From positions 1 to 64,000 of the forward strand of contig QPMI01000255.1 in assembly GCA_004431415.1 (NCBI GenBank): 64,000 nucleotides of DNA, in the 5' to 3' direction. Origin of the DNA: Cyanophora paradoxa CCMP329. Lineage: Eukaryota > Plantae > Glaucophyta. The position numbers and the translations under genes are program-made. Below the pieces are notes generated by a model, which saw only the letters and a program-made list of their open reading frames with translations, ran no database searches and had not been told where the DNA came from. Below, in pieces: positions 11,206 to 23,600 of the stretch; positions within the stretch are counted from its first letter, which is position 1, and each line of letters opens with the position of its first letter.

Positions 11206-12766
11206 TACTGTGACTATATAGCTAGTATTAGGGTTGGCCGCTTGAAATTTCAAGCCATTGAAATTGCATTGAAATTGAAATTTCAATTTCAGTTTCAATG
11301 CCGCCCGTTGAAATTGCATTGAAATAGAATATAAATTTAATAAAATATATTGAATTTATTTGTTTTTGCTCCCTCAGCTTCCCCTTCCCAGCCCCTCCGG
11401 CCTTCCCAGGAGCCCTCCCAGTCCGTAAAGAGACTCACAGAGTGAGAGTGAAGCCGATAAGAGACAATTAAGAGTGATGCATGTATAATAGCCTAGTGAA
11501 TAATACTACTATGATAGCCTAGTATGCATGTGATGCCGCGGCCCGCGGAGCGCGCAACCGTTTGAACGTCGCGCCGCGGCCGAATTGGAGCTACTAACTT
11601 AGTACTAAGTAGCCTACTACAGTAGTACTACTAGGCTACTAGGCTAGGAGTAGGAGCTAGGCGGCCTAGGCAGGCTAGGCGGCTAGGCCCCCTCCTAATT
11701 TGAGAATGCATCGATATCTCAAATCTATAATACAAATTACATGCAAATTTACTTTCTATTATATGGAAGTATTTCTATATATGCGAAATGCGTTATTGTG
11801 TTCATTCATTATATACTCGTTATTAATGTGCTTGGGGCCCCGGACTCGCGATCCCGGTCTGCAAGCTAGATCTCGGCAATCTCTGAGGGTTCGTCTGATC
11901 TGAGGATTCGTCTTGAAAACAATCGACTAGCCAATCAGATACAGCTCACAGCATCGTCGACGATATCGATCGCGACTCCGCGAGTGTGGGCACGTGACAC
12001 TATCTGAATGCCGTCATCTATGATTACTCAGTGTAATACTCACTAAACGTAACATGCGCATGCCATGAATCGCCGGCCCATGATGCGAGCGCTACCGGCA
12101 GCCGCTGAGCCTACCGCCGCCTACCGGTACTGGCCCACTACTGGGTCCGGTAGGCTGTAGCATGCGCATGTGCGCATCGATATCGATATCGATATCTGGC
12201 AAGCAGTCACGTGCACGTGCACGACGCCGGCGGTCCGACGGTTATTATTTTCGTCGGTTAATCGACATCCCGCATGATCCCGGGCCTCGATTCCGGCGGG
12301 CGATCGCGATCGCGAGCAGTGGCCGAGCACCGTGTGACCGCTGCGCACTGCGGCATGCGGCGCTGCCCCAGTGGGCCGTGGCACACGGTGGCAGCCCCAC
12401 TACTAAGTAGCCTAGTAGGGCACTGGACGGCGGCCAAGCCGGCTAGCTAGCCGGCCAATTTGGGCGGGGGGCGCCTGGGCTATAGCTAGCCTAGTAGGCG
12501 GCCGAATCCCTGGCTAAGGCTGGCTTGCCACTCAGCAGCCACTGTTGCCAGGCTGCAATGCCAGCCAAGGGGTTTTGCCGGCTTTCCATGACTGCCTTCC
12601 AAGTCATCAACTTGGCAAGCCCCCTGCTCGCAATCGAGCCAGCGAACGACGATTTGGTGAAGTAAGCGCGAGCTGCACCAAGCCACTGGGGCCAGACCAA
12701 GCCGCGCTGGCGACTCAGTGACTGTAACGGTAGGCTGCACAGCCTGCACCGTCCCTGCCCGTCATA

Positions 12767-13024
12767 CCGTATAACACAATATTAATGCGCTCAATATTAA
12801 TGCGTTTTTGGACCCAGACCCCTAGTACGGCTAATAATGCGCCCCCAAATTAATGCGTTTTTACGCTTCGTTGGCTGCATTAGGGGGGTACTGAGGTCTA
12901 CTGACACCAGTTTCTTAGCAATCTGTTATTAATGCGCCCCCAAATTAATGCGTTTTGACGGCAGAAAACGCATTAAATTGGGGGCGCATTAATATTATGC
13001 GCGCACTAATATTCTGTTATACGG
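12767..13024. mobile_element. 258-bp MITE, Tc1/mariner-like, TA target duplication
   Basis: TA|CCGTATAACACAATATTAATGCGC ... GCGCACTAATATTCTGTTATACGG|TA (24-bp TIR, 2 mismatches); internal ATTAATGCG(CCCCCAA) repeats in both orientations. Confidence 0.85.
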
Positions 13025-13087
13025 TATATTATTGTGTTTTACGGACCGAATTACGGTAGGTAGGCACCGGCCCGGGTACCGTCCCTG

Positions 13088-13560
13088 CACGGCCTGCAGG
13101 CTGCCAGCCTGCAGCCTGCAGCCTCACTGCCAGAGTCACTGGCAGTGCTGGCACGGCCTGCCGCAGTGCAGGCTCAGCGGCTGCAGCTGCAGCCTGCAGC
13201 CTGCGGCGCCTGCGCATGCAGGCTGCAGCCTGCAGGCTGCAGCTGCGGCCTGGCCCAGGCTGGCTGCCGCAGTGCAGGCTCAGCGGCTTCGAATTCCGAA
13301 GTTCAGCCTGCAGCCTGCAGCTGCCAGTGCAGCCTGCTGGCAGGCTGCTGGCAGGCTGTGGCAGCCTAGCTGCTGCCTGCAGGCTGCAGCCTGCGAAACA
13401 GTGCGATTCTGTGCGAATGCAGAGCTAGCCCGGCCTGCAGCCTGCAGTCTGCATGATGAGCCTGCCAGGCTGCATCCGATGATCATGGCATGCGCCGGCG
13501 CGCAGCCGGCGCCGCGGCGCAGCCGCGCAGGCGGCAGGCCTGCACTGCCGCAGTACTAGT
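13088..13560. repeat. CTGCAG/GCCTGCA-rich low-complexity tract
   Basis: Dense CTGCAG, GGCTGC and GCAGCC motifs; ORFs here are low-complexity artefacts. Confidence 0.7.
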
Positions 13561-14610
13561 GCGGCGGCCCGGGCCGCCCGGCGGCTGGGAAGCGGCGATT
13601 CAGCGCCACTACTAGCCCACTACCAGGTAGGCTCAGCGGACAGCGGGTGACAGCGGCTACCGGTAGCCCCGTTAACGTTACTTGGCCGTCCGACTCGGAC
13701 TCACGGCCCGGGAGTCACGGGTGGATCATCGATCATCCGATGCGATCGGATACTAGTACTAGGCCTCCCGAAGTCCCGGGATTGCCGCAGTGCACTCAGT
13801 GACTGCGGCAGCCTGAGTGGACTGTGCACGTGCACGTGGCCCAGCCGCCCAGTGGATTCTGGCCCAGTGGCCGGGGCCCATAACTTGGGCCATAAGTCCA
13901 TCGCCCGGGCCGCCGGGCCCAACCGCGCGCCCAGGAATCCCCAGGATTCGCCCTCACGAGTCACGAGTCAGGGCCTTCGCCTGGTACGGTCACGGCGGTA
14001 CGTACACAGGTTCCAGCGGCATCCAGCCACTGCCAGGCTGCAGCTGGTGGCCCACTGGCCCCGCGCGCGTCGCAGCGCGCAGACTGCATGAGAGTCGATC
14101 GCAACCGCTGAACGTCCATCGTCGCCGCGCCGAGTCGCAGATGGCAAAGGCCGCGCCGTAGGCCCGTAGCTTAGCGCCGTACAGACAGATCTAGCCTAGC
14201 AGAGCAGCTGCAGTTCAAAGAGCAGCCGCAACCCCCCGCGCGATCGACGCGCGCTTGCCAAGTTGAAAGCCGAAGTTAGGAAGGAAAGCAGATATATAGC
14301 CAGCCATATAGACCATCAGATACACCCGCGCGAGTTTACAGGCCACGAACCGTGCCGGTCCAGCTGCAGCATGAGCGCGGATACGGTCGGTAGATATAGA
14401 CAGGCGAATGCCGCATGCGCAGAAGCCCTAGGACAGCGCCGGGCCCTCCTATATGTACGAGCGGCCGGTACAAGTGTGCATGCGGCGCCGACGGTGGTTG
14501 CATATGCATATGCATGTAAGCCTTCGAGTTCGAAGGCACAACCGCATCGCTTCAATGTCTCTCACTTGCGCGGAACAAGTATCCTCTCGGCTGCAGCGCT
14601 TGCACTGGCC

Positions 14611-17600
14611 ATGGTGTTGGCCATGGCTGTTATCGCCGCGGGACAGTCTCCCACGCCAAGCCCGTCGGCCATACCGACCCTCAGCGCGACCAGCACGCCG
14701 CAGTACTTTGACGACGGAAGCGGCCCCGCCGACTACGCCCCAGACACCCACCTCTCCTGGTGCGAGGCGGGCTTGCGCGACGCTCGAGGCTCGCATCTCT
14801 AGCCTTAAGCTTAAGACCGTTGAGCCAATCAATGATGTGTAGCTGTCCGTCTCTAAGATCAAGTCCGAGTTCTTGCATACCCAGCTGCAGCATTACAAAT
14901 CACAGAGCTAGCTAACGCCGCCCCCTTCCTCTGTGCCGCAGGCTCATTGTCGCCCCCGAGGGCCAGGTGGTCGTCCTCGAGTTCACCGGCTTCGACACGG
15001 ATGATTTCGACTACGTCCAGGTGCAGATGGGAATCATTTATATTTAGAGCCCCGCGTTGCAACGTCCGCGCTTGAATCAACTTCGAATGCAGGGTTACGA
15101 TGGCAACAGCACATCTGCGCCGCAGCTCTTTATCGAATTAAGCGGGCAGCCTGCCATGCCCGTTTCCTACATTTCATCGGGCAACACAATTCTCGTCAGA
15201 TTCGACTCCGACAGTAGCAATCAACGTCAGGGGTTCAACGCCACGTATACGGCCGGTAAGACCTCTCAAAACCATTGCGCTGCGGCTGCTTCAACAATAT
15301 AAATCAATTTGATTTGATTTTGACATCGTCACACACGTCGTCTCGGCAGTCGTGCAATTCGAACTCAATGCGACGACGACACCGCAGCAGTTCGACGACG
15401 GCAGCGGTGCAGGCGAATATGCTCCAAACACACACGTAACCTGGTTCGCTGTGCTTTTGACGCATCGATCAGGCTGTCGCTAGCGCGCGCTGTAGGCGTT
15501 TGCGTACATGTATACAACTCGCATGCTGAATATAATCATAGACAACTCATCTAATCTTCCTCTGCTTTCTCGCAGGCTCGTCAGAGGCCCGGTGGACTAC
15601 TGGATTCTCCTCCAGTTCACCAGCTTCGACACAGAGTCGGGGCAGGACTACGTCCGGGTATGCCTCTCAATTTCTAGATCTTGCCTGAGCAACCTTGATC
15701 AGCGCTGGCGCTGTGCGGCCTTTGCTTCGCATCAACTGAGAGCCGACGTTCAATGCAGGGCTACGACGGGAGACACCTCACTTCACGGCAGCTCTTCGCC
15801 TTGAGCGGGCAGCCGAGCGTGCCCTTCGCCTTCGCCTCGTCCAGCAGGGCGATGCGCGTCACGTTCGACTCCGGACCCTCGGTCCAGATGCAGGGCTTTA
15901 ACGCATCGTACACCGCCGGTAGGCTCTTCCTGACTTCCCTTGCATTCGCGGCGCGCTTGCATCGCGCTCACCGGCTCCTGCAGTTCTGTACGGGGCCCAG
16001 GCGTCTTACAATTCGCTCAATGCGACGAGCATGCCGCAGTACTTCGATGACGGGAGCGGACCGTCCAGCTACGACCCATATGCCTCCCGCTCCTGGTGCG
16101 CGAGCGGGATCCCTCCGTACGAGTACTGGCGAGGCCTGCAGCAATGTTGATGCGAACAACTGACGCCGCCCTTTCCCCCGCCCCGGCTCAGGCTCATCAC
16201 CGCTCCCGAGGGTCACGTCGTCCGCATCCAGTTCTTGCATTTTGACACATATTCGGATTCCTTCAACACCGATTACGTAAGAGTGCGTTCTTGCTATTGT
16301 GATCGAGGATCCCAGATCAGCCGCGTGCTGCGCTCTCGAACGATAAACATTCTATACAGGGCTACGATGGGAGCAGCACGGCCGCAGCGCAACTTTTCCA
16401 GCTAAGCGGAAAGCCCGACTTGCTCTCCCTCACCATCAGCGCAACGACGGGAAACACGATGCTTGTCACGTTCGAACCTTCCTCGGATAGTTTCGGATTA
16501 CAAGGCTTTCTGGCTTCGTATTCTGCCGGTAGACACCCCGCCTCCCGCTCGTTTTGTGACTGCGCCAAATGTCATCTCGCAGTACCAATCGCGACAAGTC
16601 CTAGCGCATCAGCAAGCCCGAGCCCGTCGCCCACCCCGAGCCCGTTGCCCATCTCGGCCCTCAGCGCGACGAGCACGCCTCAGTACTTCGACGACGGAAG
16701 CGGCCCCGCCGACTACGCCTCAGACACCCACGTCTCCTGGTGCGTGACAATCTTGCGCGACGCTCGCATCTCATGATGATGGGTTAATGTTAACTATTTG
16801 CCCGTCTCGTACGCGTCCGCCACAGGCTCATCACGGCCCCCGAGGGCCAGAGTGTGCGCATCATCTTCGCCGAGTTCAGCACTGACTACTACGACTTTGT
16901 GCGGGTGCGCCTGGGGGCCCTGTACATGTGGCTAGGGCTGCCATGCGCGCTGCGCCTTCACATTCGGGCGCCATCGGGTCTGCGCTGCGGCTGATCGCGA
17001 GGCTCGCTGCAGGGCTTCGACGGTACCACCACCTCTGCGCCCGTGCTCTTCCAGTTGTACGGGCAGCCATCTTTGCCCCTCCGCTACCGCTCAACGGAAA
17101 ACGCGATGCTCGTCACGTTCGACTCCTCCGCAATCCCATATGGAAGTTTTTCGAGGCAGGGCTTCAACGCCTCGTACTTCGCAGGTAGCTATATATAGCT
17201 GTAGGATCTTTTCCCTGCACCCCGCTTCTGCGTTCATTTCTCACTATTGTTTCCGTAGAGTTTGCGAAATTCACCCTCACTGCAACGAGCACGCCTCAAT
17301 ACTTTGGCGACGGGAGCGGCCCCGCCAACTACGCCCCAGACACCCACCTCTCGTGGTGTGAGGCGGGCTTGCGCGAAGCTCGTATTTCTATGATATCAAT
17401 GCGTATACGTAACTGTCCTTCTCGTCTGCTACAGGCTCATCATTGCCCCGGAGGGCCACATCGTGCGCATCATGCTCACCCAGTTTGTCACTTCCTACCA
17501 AGACAACGTACGAGTGCGCCATGCTGCTCGGACTGCCACGCTGCCCTTACAGACGCCACCGTGCCTGCGCTCCGGCTGATCGTGAGGCCCGCTGCAGGGC

Positions 17601-20600
17601 TATGATGGTAACACCACCGCTGCAACGCTGCTCTTTGAGGTAGCCGGGGAGCTGTATGACGGGCCCTACGGCTACCGTTCGACGGGAAGAGTGATGCTCG
17701 TCACGTTCGATACCGTCATATTTTCAGTTGGGAGTCAGGGCTTCAACGTGTCGTACACCGCTGGTAGCTATAGGCTCTTGTCGCTGCACCCAGCCGCTGC
17801 GTTCATGATCAATTCTCACTACGATTCTGCAGAGCTCGCAAGTGCTCCGCCGATCGCCCTCGCTGCGACGAGCACTCCGCAATACTTCGAGGACGGAAGT
17901 GGCGCGGGCGCCTACGCTCCAGCGATTCGTGATTCCTGGTGCGCGCCGGAATTGCTTGGCACTGGCCGTGGTTGAGCAGTAGAGAGAGTATTTTATCTTG
18001 CAGCTCATGCCTCCCCCCTCCCACGTGTGGCAGGCTTATCACCGCTCCCGAGGGCCAGGTAGTCGTCATTCAGTTTGTCAGCTTTGACACGGAAGCGGGT
18101 AACTATGCATACGAGTCGCACTATGTGCGGGTGCGTTCAGAGAATTGAGCTCCCACCTTGCGATTTCCATTTGTATTGCATGCGCAGCGAACTTACATTG
18201 AATATTAATACAGGGTTACGACGGCAACAGCACCTCTGCGCAGCAGCTATTCGAGCTGGCTGGGCAGTTGGAGCTGCGCGTGCCTTTCTCCTATGTGTCG
18301 ACGGGAGGGAGCATGCTCGTCACATTCGACACCACCCACAAAAACTATTACCAACGGCAAGGGTTCAGCGCCTCTTACGTTTCCGGTAAGTGCCCTCTTT
18401 ATTATAACCGCTATGCAGCTGCTTTTCTCTCTTTAATCGAATCCATCCTCAGCGCTTTACAATGCGGTGGCGCGTACGCTCAACGCCACGAGCACGCCTC
18501 AGTACTTCGACGACGGGAGCGGCGCGGCCAACTACGCCCCGAACACCCACATCTCCTGGTGCGGCGCAAGACCGGCTCTGCTTCCGCCTGCGACTCTCTC
18601 TGTTTGCGATCGCGCGCGACGCCGTGACCGGCCCGCGGCCACCGAGCTCGCGATTGCATGGGACTAACGGAATTTTGCCTCCAGGTTCATCAGTGCACCT
18701 TTTGGACAGTTCGTTCGGGTGCAGTTCAACAGCTTTGACACGGAGCTGGCTTTGGACTTCGTCCGAGTGCGCTTCTTGCGATTCCGCTGCACGCCGGGGG
18801 CTGGTCGATGACGTTCGTGCATTTGCAGGGCTACGACGGGAGCAGCGCCAACGATGCACAAAGAATCTTTGCCTTGAGCGGGCAGCCGGCCGTGCCTTTC
18901 ACCTACGCCTCGTCAGGCAGCTCGATGCTTGTTACGTTCGACTCTGGCTCTGCGGTTCAGAGGCAAGGCTTCAACGTCTCCTACACCGCCGGTAGGCCCA
19001 GCTACCCCCTATACCATATAGCTGGTTGCTCCACGATCCAGGCTCTGCTCACCGTCTCACGGATGTTTAATCTCAGTGGTCTCCAGCGGGCCAGTGCCGA
19101 CATACACTTTCGATGCCACGAGCACGCCGCAGTTTTTCGACGACGGCAGCGGCCCGGCTAATTACCTGCCATACACTCGCAACTCCTGGTGCGCGTTCGC
19201 ACTTGCAAATCGAGCGAAGTAGCTGCGGGAGCATTATCTATAGCTGCTATGAAAACGCCGCTTAAATAATGCACGCGTGCATGATTTAATTTCGACTCCG
19301 TTTCGACGCATGCAGGCTCATCACGGCCCCACCGGGCCAGATCGTCCGCCTCGTGTTCTACGAATTTGAAACAGAACCTTCTTACGACGAAGTGCGGGTG
19401 CGGATTTGTATCTGTGTTATATTTACTGCGCTACTCTGCCTCAAACCATGCTTATCAATGAAAACAGTGGTACGACGGGAGCAGTGCCGCAGCACCGGTT
19501 CTTTTTTATCAGGCTGGTACCCCGTGGGTGCCTTTCGGCTACGTTTCGACAGGCAGCGCGATGTTTGTCACATTCCAGACGAACTCCTACAATCAGGGAA
19601 AAGGCTTCAACGCCTCGTACTCTGCCGGTAAGCTTCGCCCTGCTTCAGCGTGCACGTCGGACCCTGCCCGTTCCTTCGCTTCACACGTTAATCCCTCATG
19701 CACAGAGCTCTCAACCGCGCCTCCAACGATCGCTCTCTCTGCAACGAGCACGCCGCAGTACTTTGACGACGGGAGCGGCGCGGCCAACTACGCTCCTGTG
19801 ACTCGCGCTTCCTGGTGCGCGACGCAGTCGCTCGCGATTGGCACTGCAGCTGGCGATTCCGCCTGCACATGCATGCAGAGATAGTTTGAAACGAATTACG
19901 CACATTACGAATTGCAACTAGTACTAACGCCGCCCCCTCCCCTGTGCGGCAGGCTCATCACCGCTCCCGAGGGCCAGGTCGTCGTTCTCCGGTTCATTGA
20001 CTTCGAACTGGAACCGAGCTACTATGCTTTTGAATCGGACTACGTGCGGGTACGTCGACGCCTGCAGTTGGGAATCAAACCTCCCCTGACCTGGTGATAT
20101 CAACGTTTGCTGCTTTAACTCCAACTGCAATGCAGGGCTTCGATGGCAACAGCACCTCCGCACAGCAACTTTTTAATTTGAACGAGATGGACGGAAAGAT
20201 ACTGCAGCCGCTTTTGCCCTTCTCTTACTTCTCGACGGGGAACACAATGCTCGTCACATTTGAATCCGGCAACTTCGTCCAAGGGCCCGGCTTCAATGCC
20301 TCGTACACTTCCGGTACGTGATTTCAACTTAATTCGAAGCTGCTTTATTCAACTGATTGTGCGCATGATCATGAATCCCTTTCAGCGCTTTACAGTGCGC
20401 TGCTGACGCGTACCCTGATCGCGACGGACACGCTCCAGTACTTCGACGACGGGAGCGGTGCGGCCAACTACGCTCCTCACACCCACATCTCCTGGTGCGG
20501 CTTATGCCAAGCCCCGCACACTCGTATACGTCGCTGCCTGTACATGTGGCTCGCGATCGCTCGGCTCGCCTTCACGACCGGCTCGCGGCCGCTGAGCTTG

Positions 20601-23600
20601 CAATTGCTTGCGTCGAGCTAACGGCGGCCTGCCTGCGCCTTTTGCAGGCTCGTCACCGCCCCCGAGGGCCAGGTCGTTCGGCTGCAATTCATCAGCTTCG
20701 ACACGGAGCTGGCAGCCGACTTTGTTCGGGTACGCTCCTTGCCATTCCGGTCCGCTGCACGCCGGCGCCTGGCCGATGGCGTGCATGCAGGGCTACGACG
20801 GGAGCAGCGCCAATGCGCAGAGGCTCTTTTCTGTAAGCGGGCAGCCGGCCGTGCCTTTTACCTATGTCTCGACGGGGAGAACGATGCTTGTTACGTTCAG
20901 CTCCGGCTTCGCGGCTTCAAAGCAAGGCTTCAATGTCTCCTACACCGCCGGTAGGCCCAGCGGCCCCTTACATCACATAGCCGGTTGCTTCACGATCCCG
21001 GCTCTGCTCACCGTCTCACGAATATTGCATCTCAGTAGTCTCCAGCGGGCCAGTACCGACATACACTTTCAATGCAACGAGCACGCCGCAGTTCTTCGAC
21101 GACGGCAGCGGCCCGGCCGACTATGAAGCATCAACTAGCAATACCTGGTGCAATCGAGCATCGGCCATGGCTTCGCAGGCTGTGGCACCTCCAGCTGATT
21201 TTTGATTTTCCTGCAGGCTCATAACCGCGCCAGAAGGCCAAATTGTCGTCATCCAGTTTATCAGCTTTGACACAGAAGCCTCAAACGATTATGTCCGGGT
21301 GCGGAGCTTTCCAGCACCGCATCTGCACCCCCAAGAGGAAATCGTAGAGAATATTTTCATAATGCTGCATCTAAAACAAGCCACGTACGGCAGGGCTACG
21401 ACGGTTCCAGCACTGCTGCAACACAGCTTTTCGAAAGTAGCGGACAACGGACGGCGCCCTTCGCTTTCTTTTCGACGGGAAGAACGATACTCGTTACATT
21501 CTCGTCCAACGCAGTCGTCCAAAAGCCAGGGTTCAGCGCCTCTTACACTGCCGGTGGGCGGCACTTGCCCCGCAACTGTTTCATTGTGTTGACTTGCCTT
21601 CGCCCTGTCTCACCATTACCTTGATCAGCGCTCTACAGTGCCGTGGAGCGCACCCTCAGTGCAACAAGCACGCTTCAGTACTTTGATGACGGGAGCGGTG
21701 CGGATGAATACACAACCAACACACACATATCCTGGTGCGCAGCGCACGTTTCGCTTTATGCATGATTTTCATCTTTTTGGATTCGAACTACTTCTTCGGG
21801 TTTCCAACAGGCTCATCTCGGCCCCGAGCAACCACTGGATTCTGTTGCAGTTCACCAGCTTTGACACAGAATCGGGGCAAGACTACGTCCGGGTGCGCCC
21901 TTCATTCCAAACCTGATGCTCCTTGCACACTGTCCCTCCATGAGTCGCATCGACTGAAAGTCCGGCAGGGCTACGATGGAAACAGCATCGCCGCACGGCA
22001 GCTCTTTGCCGTGAGCGGGCAGCCGAGCGCACCCTTCGCCTTCGCCTCGTCGGGCGGCTCGATGCGGATCACGTTCGACTCCGGGCCCTCAGTTCAGATG
22101 CAGGGCTTCAATGTCTCGTACACCGCCGGTAGGCTCTTTCATGTTTACCATCCCTTGCAAATGCGACGCGCTCGCACCGCGCTCACCGGCTCTTCCAGTT
22201 CTGTACGGGGCCCAGGAGTCTTACAATTTGCTCAATGCAACGAGCACGCCGCAGTACTTCGATGACGGGAGCGGACCGTTCAGTTACTCGTCATATACCT
22301 CCCGATCGTGGTGCGCATTCGAGATCCCTCTGCAATAACGAGGCCTGCAATCATATCGATGATATGGCTGACGCCGTCCTTCCCCCCGCTCCGTCGCAGG
22401 CTCATTACCGCCCCCGAGGGTCATGTCGTCCGCATCCAGTTCTTATATTTCGAAACAAAGTCGGATATATACTCTGAAGATTACGTCAAAGTGCGTTTCA
22501 GCCTTGTCATCGGGAATCAGCCCCGTACGCGTGCTGCGCTCTTGATCTGAATCTGAAACTCGCCATGCAGGGCCACGACGGGGACAGCACGGCTGGAGCG
22601 CAACTTTTCCGGTTGAGCGCAAGGCCAGACGTGCTCTCTCTTAGCAGCAGCGCATCAACGAGCAACAAGATGCTGGTCACTTTCAATTCCGGCACGTCCT
22701 ACGTTCACAACCCCTCCGACGGCACGCAATTTCAGGGCTTTTTGGCTGCGTACTCGGCAGGTATACTTCTCCCCGCTTGATTTGCGACTTTGGCCGATAT
22801 CGGTTTTAAATCGCAGTTCCGACTTCCCTTGGCGCGTCACGAAGCCCGAGCCCGTCGCCCAGCCCGAGCCCGTCGTCCGCCCCGAGCCCGTCGGCCATCT
22901 CGGCCCTCAGCGCGACGAGCACGCCTCAGTACTTCGACGACGGAAGCGGCCCCGCCGACTACGCCCCAGACACCCACGTCTCCTGGTGCGTGGCGAGCTT
23001 GCGTGGCGCTTGCATCTCTAGCCTTAAGACCGCTGGGCCAATCAATGATGTGTAGCTGTCCGTCTATAAGACTGACTGGAGTGCTTGTACACCCCGAAGT
23101 ATAAATCGCAGCTCGAGCTCACGCCGCCGCCTCCTCTGCGCGGCAGGCTCATCGTCGCCCCCGAGGGCCAGGTGGTCGTTCTCGAGTTCACCGGCTTCAA
23201 AACCGAGTCTGATTTTGATTACGTGCGGGTGCGTCGGGAACTTACAAACCCAGGGTGCGATGTCCACGCATGTAGCTTGTGATTAAATCAAGTGCAGGGC
23301 TACGACGGCAACAGCTCCGTCGCGCAGCAGCTCTTCGACTTGAGCGGGGAACCTTCCATGCCCGTTTCTTACACCTCGACAGGCAACACAATGCTCGTCA
23401 CGTTCGACTCCGACAGCAGCATTCAGCTTCAGGGGTTCAACGCCACGTACACAGCGGGTACGGCGTTTCAAACTCAGTGAAGCGATTATAATTAGATCAA
23501 CATTTTGTCATTGACGTTGTCGTGGCAGTCGTGCCGGTCGTGCAGTTTGAATTCAACGCGACGAGCACGCCTCAATACTTCGACGACGGAAGCGGCCCCG

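Noticed and set aside
11229-11345. TAGGGTTGG followed by TTGAAATTTCAA palindromes as a hAT-like end
   Set aside because: No matching inverted end or 8-bp TSD found in the window.
13029-13559. Ala/Gln/Cys-rich ORFs
   Set aside because: Products of the CTGCAG low-complexity tract.
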